Part shown: in pieces, positions 14,014 to 28,049 of the stretch | How the letters are laid out: each line of letters begins with the position of its first letter | Numbering within the stretch: position 1 is the first letter of the stretch | Notes under the pieces: generated by a model | Database searches by the model: none | What the model saw: the letters and a program-made list of their open reading frames with translations, nothing else | What the model was told of the DNA's origin: nothing | Source: Eledone cirrhosa | Lineage: Eukaryota | Assembly (NCBI GenBank): GCA_964016885.1 | Contig: OZ024742.1 | Coordinates: 2,542,001-2,606,000, forward strand | Direction of reading: 5' to 3' | DNA: 64,000 nucleotides | Position numbers and translations under genes: made by a program

Positions 14014-15918
14014 CAAAGTTTGTTTTATAAATAAAGATGTACCCATGAAAATCATACCTTATCGGTCGGAAATTCACTGGATAGTGGAAAACATATTAGG
14101 GATTATTCAAAGTTATGTGTGAATATGCAAATGAGTGTGTAAATAATTGAAAAAACAATCGTTTATTTAAATGACGCTGGGGAGAGATAGGGAAGAAAGA
14201 GAGAGAGACAAAATATTAATATCATGAGATAGAGAGAAGAAATTTACTAAAGGATGAATAGAGCTCATGTAACGTAAATAAGTTATGTATATTTACTATT
14301 ATTTTGTTGTTAGAATTCTTTTCTAATATAATATAATATTTACTATTATAAGTAGATAGAAAAAATAGATATATATAGAAAAATAAGTATATATAAAAAA
14401 TTAGAGAGAAAAATATATTGAAATATAAATAGATAGAAAATAGATAAATAGAAGAATCAATAGATAGAAAAATAGATAGATAGAAAAATAGATATATGAA
14501 TGGATAGATGGGTATATCTTGTTATAGATAATTTTTTTAATGAGTTATGAGGGATATTGGTTTATATTTAGTGTAAGTGTAAGATAATAGCTGTAGACTT
14601 CCCAACTAACAAGACGTGTTTCAACTCGCTCTGACCAGTAAGTAGCTGTTGGAACAGAATACATATGAACCCAACTTTACAATTTTCAACTGAAAACTCA
14701 ACTGAAAATTCTTCCTTCTCAAAAACGACAAAGCCTTAATTCCAGTGAAAGCTACGTTTTTGTATCGTGAACACGTATTATGAAAGATATAATACTATAA
14801 CGATAATAATAATTATTCGTAAGTACACAATATTCCTATGAACAAACACACAATAGTTTACATTATCTCAGAATTATAACATATACCAGTATTATTGTCT
14901 CCTACTGTTCAATACACCACAGAAGTTAATATTTTGAATATTTCTATCCTTATTTGCCATTACCTATATTTATTACCTATATTTACTGTTATTATCTATA
15001 TTTCTTGTTGCACAAACAACTTGGTTAAGTGATAAACAACGAATCGAAGACACTGAAAAACAATAAGTAGCTCACAACAACAGTAACAAAAAACAACAAC
15101 AAAAAACACATCTTTAAATATCGCAACTGGTTGTATATTGAAGTGGATACTTTCATTAACTCATGGTTCATTCTCTTTCAAACCGATAACATACATGCCT
15201 CAAACTTCAATTTCATTGCTAAAAGAGTTGGCCATCTCTTTAATAACTCTGCTTCGTATCTCACTGTGAGAAACCTGTAACCACGTGGATAAACTAGCCC
15301 GAAATTGTTTTACTCACTACAGCCCATTTAATGTTATTATCTATATATTTTGTTGCACAAACAACTTGGTTAAGTGATCAACAATGAATCGAAGACACTG
15401 AAAAACAATAAATAGTTCACAACAACAGCAACAGTAACAAAAAAACACATCTTTAAATATCGCAACTGGTCATATATTGAAGTGGATACAACTACAACAT
15501 TCACATCAGCAGCTAAAAGAACTAATAGACCCACTGCCATCACCATCATCGTCGTCATTATCGTCATCATCATTGTTTCCATCTTCTACTGCTACTTCCC
15601 CTTCTTCATCTTCTCTCCCTCCTCCTCCTGCTACTACTCCTAGTGGCCAAAGCCAAACATTCCATTCTACCTCGCCAGTGACCCATCCCAACCACTCTTA
15701 CTTCCTCCATATCCCCACCACCATAGCTCCACTAACAACTCAAGTACCATTGCTACTACTACTACTATCTCAGCCAGTGTACAAAATCAACCACTGCTCC
15801 TTTCCCCCTCTCCATTCAAGTCAAACAATTCTAAATCTCAAGCTATTCACAATCCACCGCCCACATAAACGATGACGGGTAACGGAAATCCACGGACTGC
15901 CAGCTCAGAGAGCAACAC

Positions 15919-17209
15919 TTGCCTGGCCACAGACATCATATTGAAAATCAAGATATAAAAAGTGTCTTGTCGAAATATGATATCAAACAGGAAAGTGGAG
16001 CAATATACAAAAATATTTTCACAAACTGTAAGTTTACGATGTTAAAGAAAGCAGCAGCTTTCTTGAATGATGGTGTTCAAGTTGAGCTCACAAAATCAAA
16101 CCTCATCAACTGGATTATAACAAGGATTGAAAACTTCCTCCCGGAGACTTGCAAAATGTGTGACAAACAGTACTGCATTACATTTGGCCAAAAAACAGCT
16201 TTGGCATGCTTCATCTGTGGACAAGGAATACACGAAGCGTGCTACTTAAAAAAGATAAATAACCACACCATTCCAGATATTCTAGGCCTACACTGGCTAT
16301 GCGGTTATTGTTCACCAAGGGCCACAATAACGAATGAACCTAGGACCCTACCACAGACAGGCCGTTCTAAACAGACATTGATTGGCGAAACTGACATGGC
16401 AAATAAATCTTGCCACACACAGGCCATCCAAGTGCCTCTTGTAAATGACAAGAATGAAGACAATGACATGCAAACACCTACAAAACAAGAAACAGGAGAT
16501 CCTGCAGAAAAAGACCAAACTTCCCACGAAAAGAAACAGATTCAGAGCAAACGCTCAAATGAAGAAAGGCCAGTATGTATCCATTACAGGAGCAACAAGT
16601 GCAAACATGGTATTTCAGGTAAAGAGTGCACGTACAGTCACCCCAAACCATGCAAACCATATATCAACTTCGGTACTGATCGAAAAAAGGATGCCAAAAT
16701 GGCCGAGAATGTGAACTCCTTCACCCAAAGATGTGCCACAATTCGCTGAGAAAAAAGAATGTTTTGACGAGAATTGCAAATTTATGCACCGGAAGGGTAC
16801 AATTCGCATAAAAACTACTGAACCCACACCACCAGGACCAAGCTCAGCAGGGTATGAAAACCATTTCCCAAAAATGCAGAAACCAGGTCATGGCTCAACA
16901 GTGAATGAAAATCATGGTACTCAATTGCACACATCAGCTGTAACAAACCCAAACTCGCAGAAATTCGATACAGTAATGAATGAAAGCAGTTTTTTAGGCA
17001 TAATCTACCAACTACAACAACAGCTGTACTCCATACAGATGACTCAGCAAAACCAGGCAACATTGATACAAAGGCTGACACCTGGACTTACAGGGCACAT
17101 ACAACAAATACAGACAGCCCAGCAGACCGAATATCCAGTCAGCACAGTCCCAGCAACTACAACAGTCTTGCCAACAATAGGGCAGATTTATCCGGTACAA
17201 CAAGCATAA
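15919..17209 (+). pseudogene. LINE ORF1 with PHD-like finger and tandem CCCH-type zinc fingers (two A-run frameshifts)
   Basis: CKMC...CFICGQGIHEAC...WLCGYC; then CIHYRSNKCKHGISGKECTYSH, C..Y...GCQNGRECELLH and C...ECFDENCKFMH across frameshifts near 16688 and 16755. Confidence 0.75.
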
Positions 17210-19965
17210 TAACAGCAAATATCCAGGGTCTTTATCCGAAAACAAAACAGTGTAAAGTCCCTTTCTTGGAAGAATTAGCAACAGAAAACAACTCCAAAAT
17301 AATTGGAATTACTGAAAGTCATCTCAACGAAAACATCCGCAACAGCGAAATCACAATCAATGGATTCAACATCTTCAGATGTGATAGACAAGGCAGATCC
17401 CATGGGGGCGTTATCATGTATATCCATGATACCTATGCATGCATAGAACTTGTCAATGAATCAAATGCCTACTGCAACCTGCTGTGCATAAAAATCATCC
17501 AACTTAATACAGTTGTAACAATAATGTACAGACCGCCAAACAGCCCAACATTATCCTTCACTGAGCCACTGACAAAGCTCCAACAAATTCTGGAAAACAT
17601 GGCGAGTCCAATGCCAGACATTATCCTCCTTGGTGACTTCAACTTCCCTAACATCATCTGGCCACATGGACACATACTAAAACTGGGGACAAAAGCTGAA
17701 CAAATACAGGCAGCCAAGCTGTTGGAAGTCACAGAGAAATTATACCTCAAACAAATGATGACAGAAGCAACTAGAAATAATAATACGATCGACTTGGTTT
17801 TCACCAACAACGAGGACACGCTATTTGACCTTCACTCAACCCCAACAATCCTTTCAGACCACAATATTATTGAAATGCATTTACACATTGGTAATGAGCC
17901 CAATGCCACAACTCTTAAACAAAAGGACATGCCAAAGCTATGCAGGTATGATTATCACCAGGCAAATTGGGAAACTATTAACAACCAGTTACAAATCATT
18001 GACTGGGATCTCTACCTTACTGGGCCAGATAAACACAAGAAATTCTTAAACAAGATCGAAGAAATATGTGCAAAAAATATTCCTCTTAAGAAAACCAAAT
18101 CCACAAAAAAACCTGTACCACGGGAGTGAAAGATCCTGATGCGCAAAAGGTCAAGACTAAGAAACAAAACATCTAAGCTGACATCAAAACATGAACTACA
18201 GAAAGTCCTTGACCAAATATACAGATTAGAAGACAATCTAAAACAACACTATGATGAAGAACGTAACAATGCAGAAAAGAGAGCCATAGAAAACATCAAG
18301 AAAAATCCAAAATGTTTCTACAGTTTTGCAAAGAAATACTCGAATACCAAGTCAACAATAGGACCTCTCCAGAGACAAAATGGGGATGTAGTGAATAACC
18401 CTATTGAAATGGCAGAAATGTTGGGTCAACAGTATGAAAGTGTCTTCAGTGAGCCATCTAAAACCATGAAGATCCATGACCCAGGAGAATTCTTCAAGGA
18501 TATCGACCATACTAAACCTACCCTATCCGACATTGATTTCAACCCAGAAGACATAGAAAGAGCCATAGACAAGCTCTCCATGTACTCGGCTGCGGGGCCT
18601 GATGGTTTCAATGCCATGATACTTAAAAACTGCAAGGTACAATTGTTGAAACCGCTTTACATGATATGGAAGGAATCTATGGAGAATGGCAAAATACCAA
18701 ATACATATAAAGAAGCACACATAACTCCAATACATAAAGGGGACAGCAAATCAAAACCAAAGAACTACCGACCAATCTCACTGACATCACACATTATCAA
18801 GGTCTTCGAAAGAATAGTTCGTGGAAAACTGGTTGAGTTCCTGGAATCGAACAATCTGATGAATTGCAACCAGCATGGATTCACGTTAGGTAGATCATGT
18901 CTTTCCCAACTACTGGCACACCATGACCAAATCCTAGAAAATCTAGAGAATGGATACAACACAGATGTTATTTACCTCGACTTTGCCAAGGCATTTGACA
19001 AGGTAGATCATGGCATCCTGGGACACAAACTTCGAAAGCTAGGAGTAGGAGGAAAAGTTGGTACACGGATACATGAGTTCCTTACAAATAGAACTCAAAA
19101 AGTCACTGTGAATGGAACCCATTCAACACCATCACCTGTGACCAGCGGTGTTCCTCAGGGTACAGTACTCGGCCCAATCCTGTTTCTCATCCTCATCTCT
19201 GACATAGATGAAGATACAACCAGCAACGTCTCATCCTTTGCTGATGACACCAGGGTCATGAGACAAATCAAAGACGAGGTGGATACAGAGGCCTTACAAA
19301 AGGACCTGACCACCATATACAAATGGCAGGAAACAAACAACATGTTGTTCAATGATAAGAAGTTTGAACTAATTCGCTACGGAACAGATCAAGATCTGAA
19401 AAATACAACAAACTACAGAAACCCATCAGGACAACAAATAATGGAAAAACAGTGTGTGAAAGATTTAGGCATCCACATGGGAACCAGCCTAAAATTCAGA
19501 GAACACCTTGACTCAGTCTGTCTTACTGCAAGAAAGTACAGCGGGTGGATCTTGCGCACCTTCAAATCAAGAGATACCTCAACAATGAAAACCCTCTGGA
19601 ACAGTATGATACTTCCGAGGATTGACTACTGTTCTCAGTTGTGGTCACCAACAACAAAGGGCCGACTATCTAAGATGGAATCGCTCCAAAGAACCCTGCG
19701 AGAGTCAAGTCTGTTGGTTCGAGGAGCACAACTATTCAACTCCATTCCGGTACATGTCAGAAATCTATCAGGATGCAGTGTGGAATCATTCAAATTGCAG
19801 CTGGATAGATACTTAAGCACCATTAGAGATGAACCCCATCTCCCAGGATATACACAACGAGCACAAACTGACTCAAACTCGCTCCTACACATGTCAAAAA
19901 TTAACAGAGAATACAACCTGGCAACCACACCAGACTCTGAGGGTGGAGTCTTCGACTTGGCCTGA
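17206..19965 (+). pseudogene. LINE ORF2: apurinic endonuclease + reverse transcriptase, one in-frame TGA (18127-18129)
   Basis: ANIQGL, GITESHL, YRPP, GDFN, IDLVF and SDH (APE); NYRPISLTS, QHGF, YLDFAKAFDKV, GVPQGTVLGPILF, FADD and KDLGI (RT). Apparent internal deletion near 19690. Confidence 0.92.
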
Positions 19966-21634
19966 GCATGGACTCAAACTCAAATGAAATGAAATGAAAT
20001 GAAATGAAGTAATTAAGTTAACTGAGTTAATAAGAATATTTATATATTTTAAATGTTTTAAATTGGGAAGATACGGAAAAATACCCACCAGTTTTGTTTG
20101 TTTATTAGTTAGTATGAGACCATTTTGTCAAAGATATAAATATATTAACCTGAATAAGTTATTGGTTATAAATCTAATAAAAGATATAAAAAATTTTATT
20201 AAAAAATATTAAAGAATATTAATGAATTCTGGAAATTTTTTGGAAAATCTTCTAAAAAATGTTTTCGGAAAATATATTAAAAAATTTAAAAAATCTTTAA
20301 AAAAATAAAAAAAAACTTTTAAAGAAATTTTTTAAAAATTAAAAAAAATATTAAAAATTATTTTATAAGAGGTAAGTAGATTTTAAAAAAATACAAGTAA
20401 TTTTTTAAAAATAAGTAATTTTTACAATATATGAAATATTTTAGAAGTAAAAAATAAAGAATAAAAATGAAAAATGAAAGATTTAAGAAGTAAAAAAAAA
20501 AAAATAAAAATAAAGAATTAAAAAACCTTAAAACATATTAAAGTTAAAATTAAAAATTAAAATTTAAAAATTTAGGATCATATATGTATATAATTTAAGA
20601 AAATTTAATAAGTGAAATTATAAGAAGTGAAATTATAGCAAACAATATATGGAAATAAGTAGAAATATTATAAGTGTAATTATAATTCATATATAGTTCT
20701 AAACGTTGAATTTAGGCGATGTTTACAAGAACTAAATAAATTCGTCCGTACATTAATAGAGTTCTTACATTTAAGTATGAAGAAAATTTCCTCAACACAC
20801 AATTTGCAAAATCTAGATAAAACTGTGTTTCAGTAGGCAAGTCCTTCCGAAATTATTTCCCAAGTTAAAGAATAATCCATATTTTTGCATTTTAAGTTCC
20901 ATATTAGGTTTGATAGAGAAGTTGAAGATTTTTTACCAATATTATTAAACGAGCATTTGTGATTATTAAAACAAGTTTTAAAGTCTGTAGAAGTTGAACC
21001 TACATAGTTAAGTATATTATCACTGGTTTTGACTGTGCATTTATAGACCACGTCCTTATCTAAGCACTTATTTTTTAAAGGACAGTTTGATTTAATTCTA
21101 CAATTACATTTAGCGGAGTTGATGTTATTCGGAACGGTACTATTAAGTTGGATATTGCTAGAGATATTACTGCTATTTTGTTTAGGGTTTAAATTTCTAT
21201 TATTGATTCTATTTATATTTTGTGCTATGTCCATAGTAGTAGAGTAAGATAGTTTTATTGTATGTCTGTTAAATATTGAGTGGTATCTATGGGCTTTAGG
21301 GAAACATTTATCTAGAGCTTTAAAGAATAGCTTAGCTAAAGGTGTTTAACGCTTAAAGAGAAAGGAGGTGAATACCAAATTATATTTCTATTTCTATTTC
21401 TTCTGTTAGTTTTTATTGTAATTATAATTAATAGTAGGGTTATTTGCCTTATCACTGTTGTCGATGTATTTAATCTTATTTATATAGCCTGCTCGAATAA
21501 TAAAATAAATATGGTTTTATAAATATAGTTTCCATTTATTTAATATCATTGAATATTTACTCCAGTAACCAGTTGAGTGCTCTAAATCAGTTATAAACAT
21601 TTATATTTGTTGGAATTCCAACAAATTAAACACA

Positions 21635-22074
<440 letters not shown>

Positions 22075-22862
22075 ATATATATATTGCTATTTCAGAGCTC
22101 CAATTCTAATATATATATATATAACCCATGCTAGCGTGAAAGATGGACGTTAAACGAAGATGATGATGATGATGATGATATATATATATATGTATGTGTG
22201 TGTGGATGGGCGTATCTTGTGTGTATGCGCGGGTGTGATGATGATATCTACGTGTATATATATTTATATATATCTGTATGGATGTGCGTGCTTGTGTGTC
22301 TATGTGTGTGTGTACACATGATATTCTCTTTATATTCCTTTAACAGTTAATTTAGCAACTTTTATTTATAATCTTTTCAAACACTAACCACAACTCTTAA
22401 TTCCTTATAGTAACATTAGAGGGATAGATAAATTTACAACAAAGCCCCACCCCTAACCTTGGCTAACTTACTTTCCTTCCTTCTTTCTCTCTTATCCCTC
22501 TCCGCCAAACCGCTGACCAGTAGAAATCCCTTCTCCCTAGTGCAACACCGCACTCTTTCATCTCCCATCACGCATAGCCATACCACATCCACATCTACAC
22601 CCGGCACCTTCATCTCACCACATACACACCACAATGTCTATGATAAGCCGAAATACCCCCACAACTCACACCAACCATCGTTCCCCACCACCACCACCTC
22701 ATCATTATGCCCCCCCCCCCCCCACCCACCTATCACACACACCATAACATTCCTCATAGCAAAACCACCAATGAAAACAAGAGGAACTTACCACCATAAA
22801 GGAATCCAAATCGTTACAGACATCCCTATGCTCTATATGTTCATTCTGTCATTACCATAACA

Positions 22863-22953
22863 GAGGTCCGACAAGCTTTTGATTCAAGAGTCGGGCCAGA
22901 TCGATACAGATCGAACCATCAGCAGATCAAAAGCGAAACGCGCGTCACTACTC
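22863..22953 (+). ncRNA. degenerate hammerhead-like motif followed by AATAAA
   Basis: gaggt-CCGACAA-GCTTTTGAT...ATCAAAAGC-GAAA-CGCGCG-TC-actactc. 9-bp stem II, palindromic stem III; core 5' strand is mutated. Confidence 0.5.
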
Positions 22954-23015
22954 AATAAAGGTAACGAAGACATAACAAATCGTCCTTTTATTATCCCCCC
23001 TCCATATATATATAT

Positions 23016-24058
23016 TAGGGTGGCAATAGGTAATTTCCCGAAAGTTAAAATTTTGCTGCTCCAACCCCCCTAATCTTGTTTCAACCAACAAAAACACGGG
23101 ATGTGCAAAATTTCAGCTCAATCAGACAACTGTTAGGCGAACCTCAAACGCCTTGAAGCTGGAACATAGTATACGTTCAAAAGTGGTATACTGTTCCCTA
23201 TCTCGACCATTTTCTCTTTTCTTCTTAAAGACATTTATGTGGACACATCCAGGCAACCCCAGCGAATGTTTAAAAACGTTCTGAATTAAATGTACCAATA
23301 ATTAATTTGAAAAATTCCTGAAATAACATGAACAACTTAAGAAATATTACGTTTTCTTAATAAACCACACAACTTCTATAAGAGAAACGCATTTTTATTT
23401 ACAACAATAATTTCTATAGAATCAAAAATATAATGTGAACACTGAACACTGAATATTTAACATTATTTTTGCATAAGAGGGTGGTGAATTGGCTAGGGCG
23501 GTTAATTTGCAGTATCGGTAGAGGGTTGGACGCCATGCTTTCTAGCATAGTTACGTCCCTTTACGGTCTGAGTTCAAATCCCGCCAAGGTTAACTTCGCC
23601 TTTCATCCTTACGGGGCCGATAAAATAAAGTGCCAGTAATGTACTGGGTAATTGCTGGCCTTGTGCCTAAAGTAGAAACAATTATTTTTTCATAAGAGAG
23701 GATTTAGTGGCAGTTGGGTGTGTTTTACGGGTTTTGGTAATGATCTGTAAAACAAATTGTTTCTCAGTTTCATCTTTTAGGAGAATGTTATTGTGATCCT
23801 GAATGAGTTTGACATCTCTTTCATCATTCATAACAACTGTCTTCTCATGTTTTTCAAGTCCAATTTTGTAATCAGGACCATCCTTCCATGCTGAAGGGTC
23901 TTGTTGAGGAAATCGGTGCTGATAGAAAATCTCGTGAAGAATGTTTTTGTACCAGGAGTTACAAAAGACGAAAACTCGATGTTTGGTGCAGAATGTACCT
24001 CTTCAGTTGATTTTTTTTCTTCTTCATCTTCTTCACCTTTGTCTGCTCTCCTATTATA
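23016..24058 (-). mobile_element. hATm-like DNA transposon 3' remnant (terminus TAGGGTG; transposase C-terminus ~23682-24058)
   Basis: Minus-strand translation VTPGTKTFFTRFSISTDFL..DPSAWKDGPDYKIGLEK...VVMND-ERDVKLIQDHNNILLKDETEKQFVLQII resembles hATm-type transposase C-termini (recognised from memory). The terminus begins TAGGGTG. Confidence 0.6.
23480..23680 (+). mobile_element. OK-like SINE with 18-bp target-site duplication
   Basis: ctgagttcaaatcccgccaaggttaacttcgcctttcatcc. Flanked by attatttttgcataagag (23462-23479) and attattttttcataagag (23681-23698). Confidence 0.82.
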
Positions 24059-24061
24059 CTT

Positions 24062-25575
24062 TTCAATTCAATTCAATTCAATATATTTGGCAGAAATTAA
24101 AACATAGATGCTTCAGATGCCATATAAGGAGCGCGGGGGGGGGGGGGGGGGCATTTACACAGTTCGAAACACAGTGGTCCAACACCGGTCCAATTTCGCC
24201 TTGAATTGTTGCGTGGTTGACGCGTTGACTACTTCTTCTGGAAGCCGATTCCAGGATCCAGAGATGCGGATCGAGAAAGCAGCTTTCCGTCTATTTAGGC
24301 GCAAGCGGCGGTGAAATAGCTTTTTGTCATGTCCATGTAGACCCCTTTCAAGTGCCGGAATGAATAGGAGATCTTGAGGGAGATCGTAATGGCCATTGAA
24401 GAGATTGTAAGCCAAAATGAGATCGCCTCTTAGCCCTCGACGCTCCAAGGAAAAGAGGTTCAGCTTCTGCAGCCGGCTTTCGTAGGGCAGCTCATGAAGA
24501 CCCTGTACCATTCCAGTCGCTAGTCGTTGAACTCTCTCCAAGTGATGGATATCTCGGATGAGATAGGGGTTAGATGCTTGGATGCCATATTCTAGGTGCG
24601 GTCTCATGAGGGCGACATAGAGAGGCCTGAACATTTCTGGAGTAAGTTTGGTAAAAGAGCGTCGAATAAGAAAAAGAGAGCTCCTTGCCTTGTTTGCGGC
24701 TTGAATGCCATGTTTTGATGGTTTGAAGGACGAGTCGACCAGCAGACCAAGATCTTTAGTCTCCTCAACCTCCTTCAAAGGAGCAGTGCCACCGTTGAAG
24801 GTAAGAGCTGAGTTATAAGGTGTACCCACTTCCATATGGCAACACTTATCGACATTGATGTATAAATCCCAGTCAATGGACCAACTCCAGGCGCGTTGGA
24901 GGCTGGACTTGAGATTGTCGATCTCGCTCCTATGGGCTACCATTTTCACATCATCTGCAAATAGAAGCACGTTTCCACCAATCACGTCCGGCATGTCGTT
25001 GATGTATAGAAGGAAGAGAATTGGGCCCAACACAGAGCCCTGGGGAACCCCGCTGCCTACACCCACCCCCGATGACAGACTGCCATTGATCCGAACTCTG
25101 CAAGTACGACCCTCAAGAAATGATCCAATCCACTTTATAATCGAATCATGGAGACCATAGTTGCTGAGCTTATGCAGGAGCAGGCGGTGGTTGACAGAGT
25201 CAAAGGCTTTTGCGAAGGCGAGAAATATAATATCGGAAGCATCTCCATGCCTATTATCCTCGTCACCCATTCTTCCATCACGAGTAGGTTTGTAAGACAG
25301 AAACGTTTCGGGATGAAACCGTGTTGAGATGGAGAGATGCCAGTGAAAGACGCAAGATGAGCCATCATTGCCTGCTTGATTAGAGATTCCAAGGCTATAC
25401 AGACGATTGAGGTGAGACTCACGGGTCTGTACTTTGCCGGATCTTCTTTGTCGCCTTTTTTAAAGATAGGGCAAATTATAGCCACTTTCCAGTCGGCAGG
25501 AACAACTCCGGTAGCCAATGATAGGTTTAATAGTGTGTCTAGAAGTTTAACAAGGTTGGGTGCAACTTTCTCTCC
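24062..25575 (-). mobile_element. 5'-truncated CR1-clade LINE (RT only) with (TTGAA)n tail
   Basis: KYRPVSLTS, QHGF, FAKAFDSV, GVPQGSVLGPILF, FADD, KDLG and RPHLEY in ORFs 25135-25593 and 24155-25270; tail at 24062-24081. Confidence 0.9.
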
Positions 25576-27456
25576 TTGCTCTACTTTTATCATTGCTCTC
25601 CTTGCTCTCCTTGCTATCCTCGCTCTCCTTGCTCTCCTTTAATCATTGCTCTCCTTGCTCTCCTTTTATCATTGCTCTCCTTGCTCTCCTTTTCTCATTG
25701 CTCTCCTTGCTTCCCTTTTATCATTGCTCTCCTTGCTCTCCTTTTCTCATTGCTCTCCTTGCTTCCCTTTTATCCTTGCTCTCCTTGCTCTCCTTGCTCT
25801 CCTCGCTCTCCTTGCTCTCCTTTAATCATTGCTCTCCTTTTATCATTGCTCTCCTTGCTCTCCTTTTCTCATTGCTCTCCTTGCTTCCCTTTTATCATTG
25901 CTCTCCTTGCTCTCCTTTTCTCATTGCTCTCCTTGTTTCCCTTTTATCCTTGCTCTCCTTGCTCTCCTTGCTCCACTTGGTCTCCATTTCTCATTGCTCT
26001 CCTTGCTCTCTTGTTTCCCTTGCTCTCCTTGCTCTCCTTTTCTCATTGCTCTTATTGCTCTCCCTTTCTCCTTGCTCTCTTTGACTCCTTGCTCTCCTTT
26101 TCTTCTTGCTCTCCTTGCTCCCCTTTTCTCATTGCTCTCCATTTCTTATTGCTCTTATTGTTCTCCCTTTCTCCTTGCTTTCCTTTTATCCTTGCTCTCC
26201 TTGATCTCCATTTCTCATTGCACTCCTTGCTCTCTTGTTTCCCTTGCTCTCCTTGCTCTCCTTTTCTCATTGCTCTTATTGCTCTCACTTTCTCCTTGCT
26301 CTCTTTGACTCCTTGCTCTCCTTTTCTTCTTGCTCTCATTGCTCTTCTTTTGTCATTGCTCTCCTTGCTTTCCATTTCTCATTGCTCTTATTGCTCTCCC
26401 TTTCTCCTTACTGTCTTTGACTCCTTACTCTCCTTGCTTTCCTTTTATCCTTGCTCTCCTTGCTCCCCTTGGTCTCCATTTATCATTGCTCTCCTTGCTT
26501 TCCTTTTTCCCTTGCTCTCCTTGCTCTCCCTTTCCCTTGCTCTCCTTGCTCTCCTTTTCTCATTGCTCTCCTTGCTCTCATTTTCTCATTGCTCTTATTG
26601 CTCTCCCTTTCTCCTTGCTCTCTTTGACTCCTTGCTCTCCTTTTCTTCTTGCTCTCCTTGCTCCCCTTTTCTCATTGCTCTCCATTTCTTATTGCTCTTA
26701 TTGTTCTCCCTTTCTCCTTGCTCTCCTTGCTTTCCTTTTATCCTTGCTCTCCTTGATCTCCATTTCTCATTGCACTCCTTGCTCTCTTGTTTCCCTTGCT
26801 CTCCTTGCTCTCCTTTTCTCATTGCTCTCCTTGCTCTCCTTTTCTCATTGCTCTTATTGCTCTCACTTTCTCCTTGCTCTCTTTGACTCCTTGCTCTCCT
26901 TTTCTTCTTGCTCTCATTGCTCTTCTTTTGTCATTGCTCTCCTTGCTTTCCATTTCTTATTGCTCTTATTGCTCTCCCTTTCTCCTTGCTGTCTTTGACT
27001 CCTTACTCTCCTTGCTTTCCTTTTATCCTTGCTCTCCTTGCTCCCCTTGGTCTCCATTTATCATTGCTCTCCTTGCTCTCCTTTTCCCCTTGCTCTCCTT
27101 GCTCTCCCTTTCCCTTGCTCTCCTTGCTCTCCTTTTCTCATTGCTCTCCTTGCTCTCATTTTCTCATTGCTCTTATTGCTCTCCCTTTCTCCTTGCTCTC
27201 TTTGACTCCTTGCTCTGCTTTTCTTCTTGCTCTCCTTGCTCTTCTTGCTCTCTTTTTCTCCTAGCTCTCGTTGAATCCTTGCTCTCCTTTTCTTCTTGCT
27301 CTCATTGTTCTCCTTTTCTCCTTGCTCTCTTTGCTCTCCCTTTCTCATTGCTCTCCTTTGCTCCTTGCTCACCTTGACTCATTGCTCTTCTTTTCTCCTT
27401 GTTTCACCTTGCTCTCATTTTCTTATTGCTCTCTTTGCTCTCCTTTTATCCTTGCA
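25568..27456 (+). repeat. pyrimidine-rich minisatellite based on TTGCTCTCC with ~550-580-bp higher-order duplication
   Basis: Repeated ttgctctcc/cattgctctc units. Near-identical translations begin at 26330 vs 26908 and at 26235 vs 26787. Confidence 0.9.
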
Positions 27457-27534
27457 TCTATGTACTTGTTTATATACAAATACAATGAGAAAAGGGGAGC
27501 AAGGAGAAATATGAAATCAAGGATAGAAAGGAGA

Positions 27535-27569
<35 letters not shown>

Positions 27570-28009
27570 GACGGCGTATATATGTGTTGGTATGTATATT
27601 TAATCTTGATAGTTTGTATAATTTTGTATAATTTTGTACATAGATCTGTTGAATATGCATGCCAACTCTAACACATATATATCCTAGAAACGATCGTTAA
27701 ATAATGAACTTTTTTTGTTTAATATAAGGAATTGTTTATTCATTATTTGTTTAATATTTTATATACATATATATATATATAGAGAGAGAGAGAGAGTATT
27801 TACGTAGCGAGAGAGAGAAAAAAGGAGGGATAGGTGATACAGGTAGTTATTTGCCAAATAGCGTATGCAGAGGGTGCTCAATACTAGTGCCGGCAGTGTT
27901 AAATATTAGAAGTGTTAATACTTAATGAGCGAGAGAATTAGCAGAGCGTAAGCACGTGGAAAAGTAAGAAATAGGAGAACAGACCGTTAATACATGTTTA
28001 TTTAAAACA

Positions 28010-28049
28010 GCACCTACGTAGGTTTCGCCCGGATGGGCTTCTCAAGGGC
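28010..28049 (-). ncRNA. minimal hammerhead-like motif, U3:A8 variant
   Basis: Minus strand: GCCC-TTGAGAA-GCCCatccGGGC-GAAA-CCTACG-TA-GGTGC. Confidence 0.6.

Larger units (their letters stand above)
14579..20010 (+). mobile_element. near full-length CR1-clade LINE with (GAAAT)n tail
   Basis: ~1.3-kb 5' region with an internal duplication (~14985-15150 / ~15335-15490), then ORF1, APE-RT ORF2, a short 3'UTR and a (GAAAT)n tail at ~19982-20008. Confidence 0.88.

Noticed and set aside
18127-18129. Programmed readthrough or Sec codon in CR1 ORF2
   Set aside because: It lies in an Arg/Lys-rich linker rather than at a Cys position, so a nonsense mutation is the simplest explanation.
25560-27603. 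Long Leu/Ser- or GEQ-repeat (collagen-like) ORFs
   Set aside because: These are artefacts of the TTGCTCTCC minisatellite. Several frames are open at once and Gly-X-Y runs are short and interrupted.
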